A DNA stretch of 64,000 bases from an uncultured Staphylococcaceae bacterium (GTDB lineage: Bacteria > Bacillota_I > Bacilli_A > RFN20 > CAG-826), in assembly GCA_964386745.1 (NCBI GenBank), contig CAYLSZ010000002.1, positions 1,717 through 65,716 of the forward strand. The letters are read 5' to 3'. The notes under the pieces were generated by a model. It was given only the letters and a program-made list of their open reading frames with translations, was not told the origin of the DNA and searched no databases. Below are positions 1 to 8,713 of the stretch, one piece after another; within the stretch, counting starts at the first letter, position 1; each line of letters starts with the position of its first letter. A program made the position numbers and the translations under genes.

Positions 1-682
1 GTTTATTCCATTGTTCTTTAACATCTTTTAAGAATTGCTCTTCATCAAAAGGAACTTCAGGACAATATATTAAATGTGGGCCGTTATCTTTATCCTTTCT
101 AGCTAGAACCGAAGAAGCCGTTAACCAACCAGCGTTTCTACCCATTATTTGGATAATTGATACGTGAATTGGTAAGCCTTTAACATCAGCGCAACAGTCG
201 CTTACACTTTGAATGACAAAATTGGCGGCGCTCGCATAACCAGGAGCGTGATCGGTTCCACCTAAATCGTTATCAACTGTTTTAGGAATTCCAACACAAA
301 CTACTTCAACTCCTCTATTTTTGGCATGTTTATAAATATTGCCAATTGTATCCATCGTACCGTTTCCACCGGTATACAAAACATAGCCAATATTGTATTT
401 AATCAATATATCGACAATCACTTCATACTCTTTCTCGTATAAAGGAAAACGCGAACTTCCAATCGAACTTCCAGGAGTATTTTTTAAAACATCGAGTTCT
501 TTATCATTTAAATTTTGTAGCTCAATAAAATCTTCATTTACTAAACCTTTACTGCCAAATCTAGGAGCATATATTTTTCCTTTAAAATTTTGGTTTTTAA
601 ACTCTTTTAACGCTCCATATAAAGAAGCATTTATAACAGCGGTAGGTCCTCCACCATGAGCTATAAGTACATTTTTATCCAT
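1..682 (-). CDS. pfk: 6-phosphofructokinase (PfkA family; ATP versus PPi dependence not decidable), 3' end cut by window edge
   Basis: Absent from the ORF track because it is truncated. My minus-strand translation from ATG 682-680 gives MDKNVLIAHGGGPTAVINASLYG..GGNGTMDT..PKTVDNDL..MGRNAGWL, the PFK motifs. The start overlaps the nagA stop by 8 nt. Confidence 0.85.
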   Translation of the reverse strand, partial: MDKNVLIAHGGGPTAVINASLYGALKEFKNQNFKGKIYAPRFGSKGLVNEDFIELQNLNDKELDVLKNTPGSSIGSSRFPLYEKEYEVIVDILIKYNIGYVLYTGGNGTMDTIGNIYKHAKNRGVEVVCVGIPKTVDNDLGGTDHAPGYASAANFVIQSVSDCCADVKGLPIHVSIIQIMGRNAGWLTASSVLARKDKDNGPHLIYCPEVPFDEEQFLKDVKEQWNK

Positions 683-1802
683 AGACTTTTTCTCCAGAAA
701 TATAGACTTCTTTGATGTTATAATCCTTATCAAAAATTATAAAGTCAGCAACTTTTTTCGCCTGAATTGAAGCAAAATCCCTGCAGATCCCCAACATTTT
801 TGCAGAATTTAATGAAGTTATCTTTGCTGCTTCAATGTCGTTTAAATTAGAAAATTTCTTTATATTTTTAAAAGCTCTTTCCATATTTAAATTGCTTCCA
901 GCACGGACTCCAGTCTCTTTAATTACACAGTTTTCGCCTTTAACTATAATTGGAGTAACTCCAATTTTATATTCACCATCAGGTAAACCCGCGCACATTA
1001 AAGAATCAGTGACTCCAATAACTTTTTCATTACCTTTCATTTTTCTAATAAATTCAACTATTTCAGGTTTAACATGAACTCCATCTAATATAATTTCATT
1101 ATAAAGTTCATCAAAATACCAAGCAGCTAGTGTAATCGATGGATCATGTTGATGAATGCCTCTCATCGCATTCATACAGTGCGTTATGCATGTCGCCCCT
1201 GCTTTAACTGCTCTTTTAGTTTCGTCAAAAGTTGCATCGCTATGTCCTAAAGACACGCGTATTCCTTTCGAAACTAGATATTTTATAACTTCTTCGCTTC
1301 CTTCTAATTCAGGTGCGATTGTCATAAGTTTAAATAATCCATGCGAATGTTTTATATATTCATCGCATTTAGCTATAGATGGATTTTGTAAACACTCTTC
1401 AAGTTGAGCGCCTTTATACTTCTTCGATAAGAATGGACCTTCGATATGGATGCCTTTAATTATTGGATTTTTCTTACTCGCTTCACATATCAATTCGAGT
1501 TGTTTAAATATAACTTCGTCGTGTTCTGTTAATAGTGTTGGATATACGCTCGTCACACCTTTTGATATATAAAATTTCAAAATTTCTTCGATTTCTTCAA
1601 CACTTTTTACAGTTGTAAAGTCTCTTCCAACTGCTCCATGGGTATGTTGATCAATAAAACCAGGAACCATTATATATCCTGTATAATCTTCGCCTACTTT
1701 ATTTGAGTTAAGAGCTGAAAATCTATCCCCATCTATTTCGACATTTCCGATTTCTATCTTATCCTCTTCAACGATAGTAATATTATTGAAAATCTTATGC
1801 AT
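675..1802 (-). CDS. nagA: N-acetylglucosamine-6-phosphate deacetylase
   Basis: 375 aa with amidohydrolase NagA motifs (QHTHGA, HIEGPF, GHSDA). GAAGG lies upstream of the ATG. Confidence 0.9.
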   Translation of the reverse strand: MHKIFNNITIVEEDKIEIGNVEIDGDRFSALNSNKVGEDYTGYIMVPGFIDQHTHGAVGRDFTTVKSVEEIEEILKFYISKGVTSVYPTLLTEHDEVIFKQLELICEASKKNPIIKGIHIEGPFLSKKYKGAQLEECLQNPSIAKCDEYIKHSHGLFKLMTIAPELEGSEEVIKYLVSKGIRVSLGHSDATFDETKRAVKAGATCITHCMNAMRGIHQHDPSITLAAWYFDELYNEIILDGVHVKPEIVEFIRKMKGNEKVIGVTDSLMCAGLPDGEYKIGVTPIIVKGENCVIKETGVRAGSNLNMERAFKNIKKFSNLNDIEAAKITSLNSAKMLGICRDFASIQAKKVADFIIFDKDYNIKEVYISGEKVYG

Positions 1803-1910
1803 AAGTTACCTTCTTTGTTTAAAATTATAACATAATAATTAAAGTGCATTTGTTATATAAAGACTCTTAATTATAGTTTAGATTTTAAGCGAAAATAAAA
1901 GGTATTACGT

Positions 1911-2726
1911 ATGGAATTTATTGAGAATAACTACTTAAAAGTAACTGTCAACGAACTTGGAGGAACTTTGTTGTCTATTATTGATAAAAAACGAGATGTT
2001 GAACTTCTTTATCAAATAAAAGAAGGCTCGTGGCAATTTCAAGATGTCCAAATGTTTCCTTTAATTGGTGCTGGTGAATTTATTTATAACAATCGAACAT
2101 ATAAATTCCCAATGCGACACGGAATTATTAGAGACAAGATTTTTAACGTAAACAAGATCAACAAATCTACAGTCGAATTAGTCTATTCACCAAATCAAGA
2201 AACACTTAATTTATATCCATTCGATTTTACTTTTTCGATTACCTATAAACTTGTTAAAAACACTTTAAAAGTTAAGACAAAAATAGATGTCGCCAATGAC
2301 GTTTATTATAGTTATGGTTCACATACAGGATTAAAAATATACAAACCAAAATCAGTTCAGCTTTTTAAAAATTTAGAAAAAATAGTGCCGATCTGCGGGG
2401 TTTTAAGTGAAAAAACAGCGGTTTTTGATGAAACATCTTTAGCAATTACTAAACAAAATTTCGAACAACAAGATACCTATGTTTTTAAAAATACAAAGAG
2501 AAAAATTGTGTTAGATAATGGTAATAACTACCTCATTAAACTCAAATTTAATTCCCCACTTTTTGCTATTTGGACCAATCCAAACACTTTAGATTTCATA
2601 TGCATTGAACCTTGGTGGGGTATTTCAAATTATGAAAATGAATCATCAAATTTAAAAGACCGCTTATATATCAATCGCGGTCCTTCTACATTTAAATATG
2701 GTTTTACTTTTATAAACAAAGACTAA
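1911..2726 (+). CDS. aldose 1-epimerase family protein (LacX-like)
   Basis: 271 aa. N-terminal L.V.V.ELGG.L.S and C-terminal CIEPWWG resemble the galactose-mutarotase-like fold. It contains an embedded repeat copy at 2377-2426. Confidence 0.6.
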   Translation: MEFIENNYLKVTVNELGGTLLSIIDKKRDVELLYQIKEGSWQFQDVQMFPLIGAGEFIYNNRTYKFPMRHGIIRDKIFNVNKINKSTVELVYSPNQETLNLYPFDFTFSITYKLVKNTLKVKTKIDVANDVYYSYGSHTGLKIYKPKSVQLFKNLEKIVPICGVLSEKTAVFDETSLAITKQNFEQQDTYVFKNTKRKIVLDNGNNYLIKLKFNSPLFAIWTNPNTLDFICIEPWWGISNYENESSNLKDRLYINRGPSTFKYGFTFINKD

Positions 2727-3478
2727 TCTACAATAATTGTTTTGATGCCTGTTTTTTCTAAATATTCTTTATAGTCAGCAGGTATTCCTTTATCCGTTAT
2801 AATATAGTCGACTTGATGCTCTAACAATTGAACCAAAACGCCTCTTTTGTTGAATTTACTCGAATCAGTTAATATATAAACTTTTCTAGCGCTTTCTACC
2901 ATAGCTTTAATCGCATCGGTTCTATTTGTGTCGCTACCCATAAAGCCGACATTTTTAACATAGCCATCAGTTCCTAAAAAGATTTTTTCTACATAGAAAT
3001 TTTTAACACTATTTCTAACAAGCGAACCAACCATGACTTGAGCATCTTTTTGATACTCGCCTCCTAATAAAATTATGCGGTTATTTCCAATTTTTGATGC
3101 GTGTTCAGCTATATATAAAGAGTGCGTAATTATTGTAACTTCAGGACGAGTTCTAGCGATTTCCTCAGCTAAAAGAGCACAAGTTGAACCTGATCCAATT
3201 AAAACTGTCTCATGTAAATCAATCATACTAGCCACTTTTTTAGCGATAGCATATTTCGTTTCATATTTAATCGAAAGTCGATTCACAATACTACTCGTAT
3301 TCTTCTTAATCGCATATCCATGTTCTCTCATCAATATGCCTAAAGATGATAATAAATTTAAATCTTTTCTTATTGTAACTTCACTTATATCAAGTCTTTT
3401 AGATAAATCTGATACTAAAACTTTTCCTTCTTTATCAACGATTTGGACAATTTCAGCCTGTCTTTTATTTATTTTCAT
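2723..3478 (-). CDS. DeoR family transcriptional regulator
   Basis: N-terminal HTH (RQAEIVQIVDKEGKVLVSDLSKRLDISEVTIRKDL) plus a DeoR C-terminal sugar-phosphate sensor. I chose the start at MKINK (ATG 3478) because AAGGAG sits 5 nt upstream; the track ORF extends to 3505. Confidence 0.85.
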   Translation of the reverse strand: MKINKRQAEIVQIVDKEGKVLVSDLSKRLDISEVTIRKDLNLLSSLGILMREHGYAIKKNTSSIVNRLSIKYETKYAIAKKVASMIDLHETVLIGSGSTCALLAEEIARTRPEVTIITHSLYIAEHASKIGNNRIILLGGEYQKDAQVMVGSLVRNSVKNFYVEKIFLGTDGYVKNVGFMGSDTNRTDAIKAMVESARKVYILTDSSKFNKRGVLVQLLEHQVDYIITDKGIPADYKEYLEKTGIKTIIVD

Positions 3479-3508
3479 ATGTTCTCCTTGCTTACGATAA
3501 TACAATAA

Positions 3509-3539
3509 AAGTTTCGTTTTGTAAATAGAAACGAAACTT
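3509..3539. promoter_or_regulatory. perfect 11-bp-arm palindrome AAGTTTCGTTT-N9-AAACGAAACTT in the DeoR/TauE divergent promoter region
   Basis: Read directly from the sequence. It sits between divergent genes, so it is a candidate operator. Confidence 0.5.
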
Positions 3540-3553
3540 AAAAGGCAACACTT

Positions 3554-3579
3554 CTATTATTTACTAAAGTAAATAATAG
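3554..3579. promoter_or_regulatory. second perfect palindrome CTATTATTTAC-TAAA-GTAAATAATAG
   Basis: Read directly from the sequence, in the same divergent region. Confidence 0.45.
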
Positions 3580-3620
3580 GTTATTGATTTATTGACACGA
3601 TAAGCATAAAATTATTTTGA

Positions 3621-4466
3621 ATGTACTACTTTATCTTTTCAATTGTTATATTAATCGCAACTATTATTGGAGCTATCGCTGGAATTGGTGGTGGCGTTAT
3701 TATTCGCCCAATATTAGATGCTTTTGGATATTTCTCAACTGCTGAAATAACCAATATGATATCGACAATTTGTGTTTTATTTGGGACTTCCACTGCAATA
3801 ATTACTCACATCGTTTCAAAAAGCAAAATTGAAAACTATCGAGTCGCTATATATTTAGGAATTGGGGCTGCACTTGGTGGTGTATTAGGCCAATTCATGT
3901 TCCAATATGTCAAAAATGCGACCAATGAAAATATATTAATCATTGTTCAATCGGTTATATTGATAGTCTTACTTATTTTCGTTTTGGTTTATATGTATTT
4001 ATTCTTACCAAAAGGAAAACAATTACATGTTCATAATGCTATAGCAACTATCGCTATCGGATTATTTTTAGGCGTTTGTTCTACCTTTTTAGGTATAGGC
4101 GGTGGCCCAATAAATGTCGCCATACTCTTGCTTTTCTTTGGTATGACTATGAAACAAGCGGCTATAAACTCTTTGATAACCATCATATTCTCACAATTAG
4201 CAAAAATAGTTATGGCTTGTTTCGATGGAACGTTCGTTACATTATTCACGATTAGCGAACTGCCAACTGCCGCTGATCAAAGTTGGTGGATATTCTTGAT
4301 TATTCTTGTTCCAATTTCGATTATCGGTGCATTGATTGGTAAATTCTTTAGCAAAAAGATGAACGATAATCAGGTTAAGATTGTTTATATAGTTACTACT
4401 ATTGCTATTATCGCTATAAATATTTATCTCATAGTGAATTCCAGTTTAGCTTTAACTACTGTTTAA
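3621..4466 (+). CDS. TauE/SafE family sulfite/organosulfonate exporter-like membrane protein
   Basis: 281 aa, polytopic, with the two-fold internal repeat and G(I)GGG motifs (GIGGGVIIRP / GIGGGPINV) typical of TauE/SafE. Confidence 0.75.
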   Translation: MYYFIFSIVILIATIIGAIAGIGGGVIIRPILDAFGYFSTAEITNMISTICVLFGTSTAIITHIVSKSKIENYRVAIYLGIGAALGGVLGQFMFQYVKNATNENILIIVQSVILIVLLIFVLVYMYLFLPKGKQLHVHNAIATIAIGLFLGVCSTFLGIGGGPINVAILLLFFGMTMKQAAINSLITIIFSQLAKIVMACFDGTFVTLFTISELPTAADQSWWIFLIILVPISIIGALIGKFFSKKMNDNQVKIVYIVTTIAIIAINIYLIVNSSLALTTV

Positions 4467-4523
4467 AATAATTTGAATAATATATCAATTTAGAAGAAAG
4501 CGTTGCTTCCTTTTTTATTGATT

Positions 4524-4692
4524 TAATAACCACACAATTTCTTAAAGTTTTTGTATCTATTATTCATAATCACAATCGCAAAAAACTCATTATTTCACAC
4601 AAAAACCCTACAGAACTGCCATATTTTATAAGAAATTCGATATCTCATGCGCTAATTCCAACCCCACAATTTCTTAAAGCTTTTCTATCTAC
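4524..4692. repeat. pair of about 35-bp direct repeats (CCACAATTTCTTAAAG core), about 130 bp apart
   Basis: 4524-4560 TAATAACCACACAATTTCTTAAAGTTTTTGTATCTAT versus 4653-4692 TAATTCCAACCCCACAATTTCTTAAAGCTTTTCTATCTAC. Confidence 0.6.
4601..4627 (+). repeat. CTGCAG-core dispersed repeat, degenerate copy (CTACAG)
   Basis: AAAAACCCTACAGAACTGCCATATTTT compared with the family consensus. Confidence 0.5.
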
Positions 4693-4703
4693 ACAAACAA
4701 AAA

Positions 4704-4725
4704 GGAAGGGGACGAATCCCCTTCC
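4704..4725 (-). terminator. rho-independent terminator after the ABC substrate-binding gene
   Basis: GGAAGGGGA-CGAA-TCCCCTTCC, a 9-bp GC-rich stem followed by a T-run on the minus strand. Confidence 0.8.
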
Positions 4726-4773
4726 AAAAGCGGTTATATATCTAAGATTGACTCTTAAATACCGTTGTAATTA

Positions 4774-5883
4774 TTATTTCAATTCTTCGCAGATTTCGTA
4801 TAAGACTGAGAAATCGATTGAGTCTTCAATACTTTTAACTGTCGATGTATCAGAATAGTTACCACCACTGATAGCTGATTCACGAATATTATTGACGTAT
4901 TTTAAGTCATCGCCAGAATCACGAAGTTCGAGTTGTTGTTCAGCACTTAACCAAATAGCAGTGTTTGGATCTAAACTATCAGCTAAAACGGCACCAGCAG
5001 TAACTTCTTCAATATCTTCTAAGCAAGCTTCTGGATCGGCATTACGATAATTCATACCTTTAACTAAAGCTCTCATAAAGCTATAGAATAAATCTTCATT
5101 AGCTTCTTTCCATGCGGTATTGACTGCCCATGTTGATGGAGTATAGTCATCTGCCATGTGAGTTGAAGTTTTAGCAACGACTGTAAAGTTTTCAGTATCT
5201 CTTTCTAATTGAGTCGAAACTGGAGCAAAAGCAACTACGAAATCATAATCACCACTTTGAGCGGATGTAGCAATATTTGCGTTAGTCGAGTTAACGATTG
5301 TAATTTGGTTAGCTGTTGTGTAGTAACTTTCATCTAATTCTGGATATTTTGTACCATCATCAACTTCATACCATAAATAATTACCATCAGTTACTGATTC
5401 GTTAAGAACACTCAATAAACTTCTGAAGAATGTAATTGGGGTAGCTGTTGTATCTAAAGCAACAGTTGATGTTCTTAAAGCGGCAATGAGCTCTTCAACA
5501 GGTGAATCTACAGTTAAACCTGCACCTCTTCCGCCGTTATAAGCAATTAAACGATCATCATCTGTTAAATTATCTAAAGCGACCATCGTAATTGCAGAAT
5601 TTTCACTAAAGTAATTCCAAGCAACACCGTTACCCATATAGGAAACATCAATTTCCCCAGCGATTAAAGCGGCTGCTAAATTTGGTCCAGTACCCATATT
5701 GACTTCCATAGTGAAGCCTTCTTCTTGATCATAACCTTGAGCATAAGCACTATAACCAGCACCAGCACCTAAATTAGTGTGTAAACCGACTCTAACAGTG
5801 GCTCCACTATCACAACTTGTTAAACCTGTTAAACTAGCGGTTAAACCAATTGCACCTAAAATTGCTAATAATTTTCCTTTCAT
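4774..5883 (-). CDS. ABC transporter substrate-binding lipoprotein, NMT1/THI5-like (NitT/TauT family)
   Basis: Start chosen at MKGKLL (ATG 5883) with AGGAGG upstream. Lipobox LTGLTSC. NMT1-like core (VRVGL..GPNLAAALIAGEIDVSYMG). Confidence 0.8.
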   Translation of the reverse strand: MKGKLLAILGAIGLTASLTGLTSCDSGATVRVGLHTNLGAGAGYSAYAQGYDQEEGFTMEVNMGTGPNLAAALIAGEIDVSYMGNGVAWNYFSENSAITMVALDNLTDDDRLIAYNGGRGAGLTVDSPVEELIAALRTSTVALDTTATPITFFRSLLSVLNESVTDGNYLWYEVDDGTKYPELDESYYTTANQITIVNSTNANIATSAQSGDYDFVVAFAPVSTQLERDTENFTVVAKTSTHMADDYTPSTWAVNTAWKEANEDLFYSFMRALVKGMNYRNADPEACLEDIEEVTAGAVLADSLDPNTAIWLSAEQQLELRDSGDDLKYVNNIRESAISGGNYSDTSTVKSIEDSIDFSVLYEICEELK

Positions 5884-5917
5884 ATTTTGTCCTCCTAAAT
5901 ATTTATAAAAATTATTA

Positions 5918-6820
5918 TTACTGCCTTGAACTATTGAGATACATCCTATAGACAACATCCCAAATATGATTTCTATAATCTTGGAACTTTTGTTCTAACT
6001 TCGTGGCTTGACTTCTTGGATAAGGTAAATCGATATCGATAATTTCTTTTACTTGTCCAGGTCTAGCGCTCATAATAATGACTTTCGAAGCTAATAAGAC
6101 ACATTCATCGACGTCGTGAGTAATAAAGAAACAAGTTTTACGTTCTTTTTCCCACGTCTTTAATAAATCTTCTTGAAGTTGCGAACGAGTTTGAGCATCT
6201 AAAGCACCAAATGGTTCATCAAGAAGCAATACTTCGCTATTTAATGCATAAGCTCTCGCAATAGCGACACGTTGTTTCATACCGCCGGATAATTCCTTTG
6301 GATATTTATTTTCGAATCCATTAAGTTGGACCATATCAATATATTTTTTAGCAATAGCTTCGCGTTCAATTTTTGAATACTTAACTTTTTTAGTTAATTG
6401 AACTTGATTGCCATCTTTATCGGTCGTATATACAGGCTCCATTTCTCCTGTTTCTTTATTTTTCTTAAAGACAGGTTCTTCATGTTTTATAAATTTAGTA
6501 CCATACATGACGTTTTTCTTAACAGTCGACCAAGGGAATAAAGCGTATTGTTGGAAGATAACGCCTCTATCTGGTCCTGGGCCTAAAATTGGTCTACCAT
6601 GGATTGTTGCTGAGCCCGATGTAGGTTGCTCTAATCCAGCAATAATATTTAATAAGGTTGTTTTGCCACATCCTGAAGGACCGACTACACAGATAAATTC
6701 GTTTCTTCTAATTTCTAAACTGACGTCTTTTAAAGCGACAACATTATCGCCTCTTTCGACTGGAAAGATTTTATTGACGTGATCTATTTTAATAACGACA
6801 TCATTTTTATTTTCGCTCAT
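5918..6820 (-). CDS. ABC transporter ATP-binding protein (NitT/TauT family) with an insertion of about 35 aa
   Basis: Walker [10 protein letters not shown], signature LSGGMKQR, Walker B LLLDEP. An extra segment ([34 protein letters not shown]) lies before the signature motif. Start at MSENK. Confidence 0.85.
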   Translation of the reverse strand: MSENKNDVVIKIDHVNKIFPVERGDNVVALKDVSLEIRRNEFICVVGPSGCGKTTLLNIIAGLEQPTSGSATIHGRPILGPGPDRGVIFQQYALFPWSTVKKNVMYGTKFIKHEEPVFKKNKETGEMEPVYTTDKDGNQVQLTKKVKYSKIEREAIAKKYIDMVQLNGFENKYPKELSGGMKQRVAIARAYALNSEVLLLDEPFGALDAQTRSQLQEDLLKTWEKERKTCFFITHDVDECVLLASKVIIMSARPGQVKEIIDIDLPYPRSQATKLEQKFQDYRNHIWDVVYRMYLNSSRQ

Positions 6821-6831
6821 AATCTCACTTC

Positions 6832-7881
6832 CTATTTCCATCTTGTGAATAGTTTTTCAAAGGCGAGTAATACCTTATCTAAAACGATTCCACATATACC
6901 TAATACGATAATACCCATGACTGCATAATCCATTCTTAGATACGAGGCCTGAGTATTGATAAACGCTCCAAGTCCATAAATCGTTCCCGTAAGCTCAGCT
7001 GCGATAAGGGTAGTCATAGCAACACCAATACCTAATCTCATAGCTGTTAAGATAAATGGGAATGCACTAGGAACGATAACACCAGTGAATAAGTTTCTAT
7101 CTCTAGCGCCGAATGTATAAGCAGCTTTTACTAAAGTTAAATCAACATTTTTGACGCCTTGATAAATCGTAACAGTCATCGTAAGCGTACAAGCTAAACA
7201 TATAATGAAATACTTAGGACCTTCAGCAACACCCATTGCTGCAACGACGATTGGAACGTAAGCAATTGGTGGAATACATCTTAAGAATTGAATGAATGGA
7301 TCTAAGAAAGCTCTAATTCCTTTATACCAAGCCATCAAGAATCCAAGTGGAATAGAAATACATATAGCAATTACGTAACCTATAGCGACTCTACTAAGCG
7401 ACATACTTAGATGTCTCCATAAGATTCCATTATCTATAGTTGTTACAAATCTATCCCAAACAGTGGCTGGACTTGATAAGAAACTTGTTCCACCATTTGC
7501 TTCAGTGACTGAAGCATAAATCCACCAAATAGCGATAACTACAATGATACCAATAACACCAACAAGTAACGATTTCCATCTAGCCCAAGCACTAAAGTCT
7601 TTCATCTTTTTAGGGCCACTTGTAGCAGCATCGTTTACTGGTTTTGGAAGTCTAGATAAATCAACTTCTAATACGGCAGCTTCACGATTTGCTTTCCACT
7701 TTTTAACAAATAGAGGGACGATTTTTTGTTTAAATCCGGCTTTCCATTCACTAAAAGTTTTCTTCTCTTTTTTCTCTTCACTTACGGTTTCAAGAGAAGT
7801 TTCCGATAATTGTTCCTCTGCTTGATCTTCAATTTTTCTTTCAGAATCCTTGAGATCTGCAGGCTTTTTTTCAATTTTCAT
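6832..7881 (-). CDS. ABC transporter permease (NitT/TauT family) with a charged N-terminal extension of about 110 aa
   Basis: SsuC/TauC-like membrane core with an EAA-type loop ([22 protein letters not shown]). Start at MKIEKK (AAAGGAG upstream). Codons 5-11 coincide with a repeat core. Confidence 0.8.
   Translation of the reverse strand: MKIEKKPADLKDSERKIEDQAEEQLSETSLETVSEEKKEKKTFSEWKAGFKQKIVPLFVKKWKANREAAVLEVDLSRLPKPVNDAATSGPKKMKDFSAWARWKSLLVGVIGIIVVIAIWWIYASVTEANGGTSFLSSPATVWDRFVTTIDNGILWRHLSMSLSRVAIGYVIAICISIPLGFLMAWYKGIRAFLDPFIQFLRCIPPIAYVPIVVAAMGVAEGPKYFIICLACTLTMTVTIYQGVKNVDLTLVKAAYTFGARDRNLFTGVIVPSAFPFILTAMRLGIGVAMTTLIAAELTGTIYGLGAFINTQASYLRMDYAVMGIIVLGICGIVLDKVLLAFEKLFTRWK
7850..7871 (-). 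repeat. CTGCAG-core repeat copy embedded at the 5' end of the permease CDS
   Basis: The reverse complement AAAAAAAGCCTGCAGATCTCAA matches the 19327-19357 copy at 21 of 22 positions. Confidence 0.6.
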
Positions 7882-7894
7882 GCGTTTTTCTCCT

Positions 7895-8710
7895 TTAAGC
7901 AAGTTCTTCACTTATTCCAATACGAGCATCTTTATGGCTTTGCAATAAAGATGCTGGGAAATCTATACTAGCTTTTCCAAAGCTAGCTCTTCTTACGACT
8001 GCTCTATGCCAATCTCTGAAACAGAATAGTCGTATTTTTTTACTATTTAATATTTGTTTTAAACCTATAGTAATTGCATATTCTGGCATCAAATAGTAGG
8101 CGCCATCGTAGTGATCCATCGAATTAACAACTCGAGTTTCTTCAGCAATTTTTATAGGTCTAACTGAACTATTTATAAATTCTTCTACTGATACTTTTTC
8201 ACCATTTTGAGGAGGTTCATTAAAGGCCATATGACCAGTAATTCCAATGCCGCCAAAGCAAATATCGACTCCTCCATGCTCTTCAATCGTCTTTTCGATA
8301 AGTTCTCTATTTTCTAAATTTGGGAAGATTCTTTGTTCTTCCTCCATGAGTAAATCTTTATCGACTTTGTCATAACATAGTTCATACATTTGTCTAACAA
8401 ACGATAGTTCATGAGTTTTATCGACTAACGTTTTTTCATCGAGCATATATTCATCCATATTGATGAAAGTGACGTTTTTTAAACTAATTCTTTCTTCATT
8501 AACTCTTTTTGCAAAGTGTTCATATTGGCCAATTGGACCGAGTGGAACAATATATAAAGTCTTTTTACCAAGCTTATTATTTTCAATAATTCCTTCGCAC
8601 ATCATATCGGCCATCGCTTTAAAAGCGCCATCTTTATCTTTATAGATATCGATAGGAATCTTACCCTTAGTTATAGCTTCGCCTTTGATTGATAAAAAAG
8701 TTTTATCCAT
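7895..8710 (-). CDS. glucosamine-6-phosphate deaminase/isomerase (NagB) family protein
   Basis: 271 aa. NMDEY and GIGITGHMAFNEP motifs of the NagB/6-phosphogluconolactonase fold. AAGGAG RBS. Confidence 0.7.
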   Translation of the reverse strand: MDKTFLSIKGEAITKGKIPIDIYKDKDGAFKAMADMMCEGIIENNKLGKKTLYIVPLGPIGQYEHFAKRVNEERISLKNVTFINMDEYMLDEKTLVDKTHELSFVRQMYELCYDKVDKDLLMEEEQRIFPNLENRELIEKTIEEHGGVDICFGGIGITGHMAFNEPPQNGEKVSVEEFINSSVRPIKIAEETRVVNSMDHYDGAYYLMPEYAITIGLKQILNSKKIRLFCFRDWHRAVVRRASFGKASIDFPASLLQSHKDARIGISEELA

Positions 8711-8713
8711 AAT

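Noticed and set aside
393-659. 88-aa plus-strand ORF from the track
   Set aside because: It lies entirely antisense to the well-supported PFK coding frame, has no RBS and is low-complexity. It is a shadow ORF typical of AT-rich DNA.
3075-3500. 141-aa plus-strand ORF inside the DeoR gene
   Set aside because: It is antisense to a gene with clear DeoR motifs. The same reasoning applies to other antisense track ORFs, including 835-1077, 1156-1407, 4031-4249, 8460-8645, 8932-9135, 10743-10937, 12831-13019, 13965-14186, 14373-14621, 16628-16840, 17020-17202, 17571-17823, 19928-20128, 21124-21399, 23520-23729, 24782-24985, 26969-27187, 31424-31612, 33735-33932, 35429-35847, 44181-44375, 45686-45895, 46747-46989, 50261-50446, 53450-53632, 54167-54364, 55972-56163, 58372-58611, 60154-60363 and 63366-63557.
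6408-6782. 124-aa plus-strand ORF
   Set aside because: It is antisense to the ABC ATPase (Walker A/B and signature motifs lie on the minus strand). The 7544-7825 ORF is antisense to the permease in the same way.
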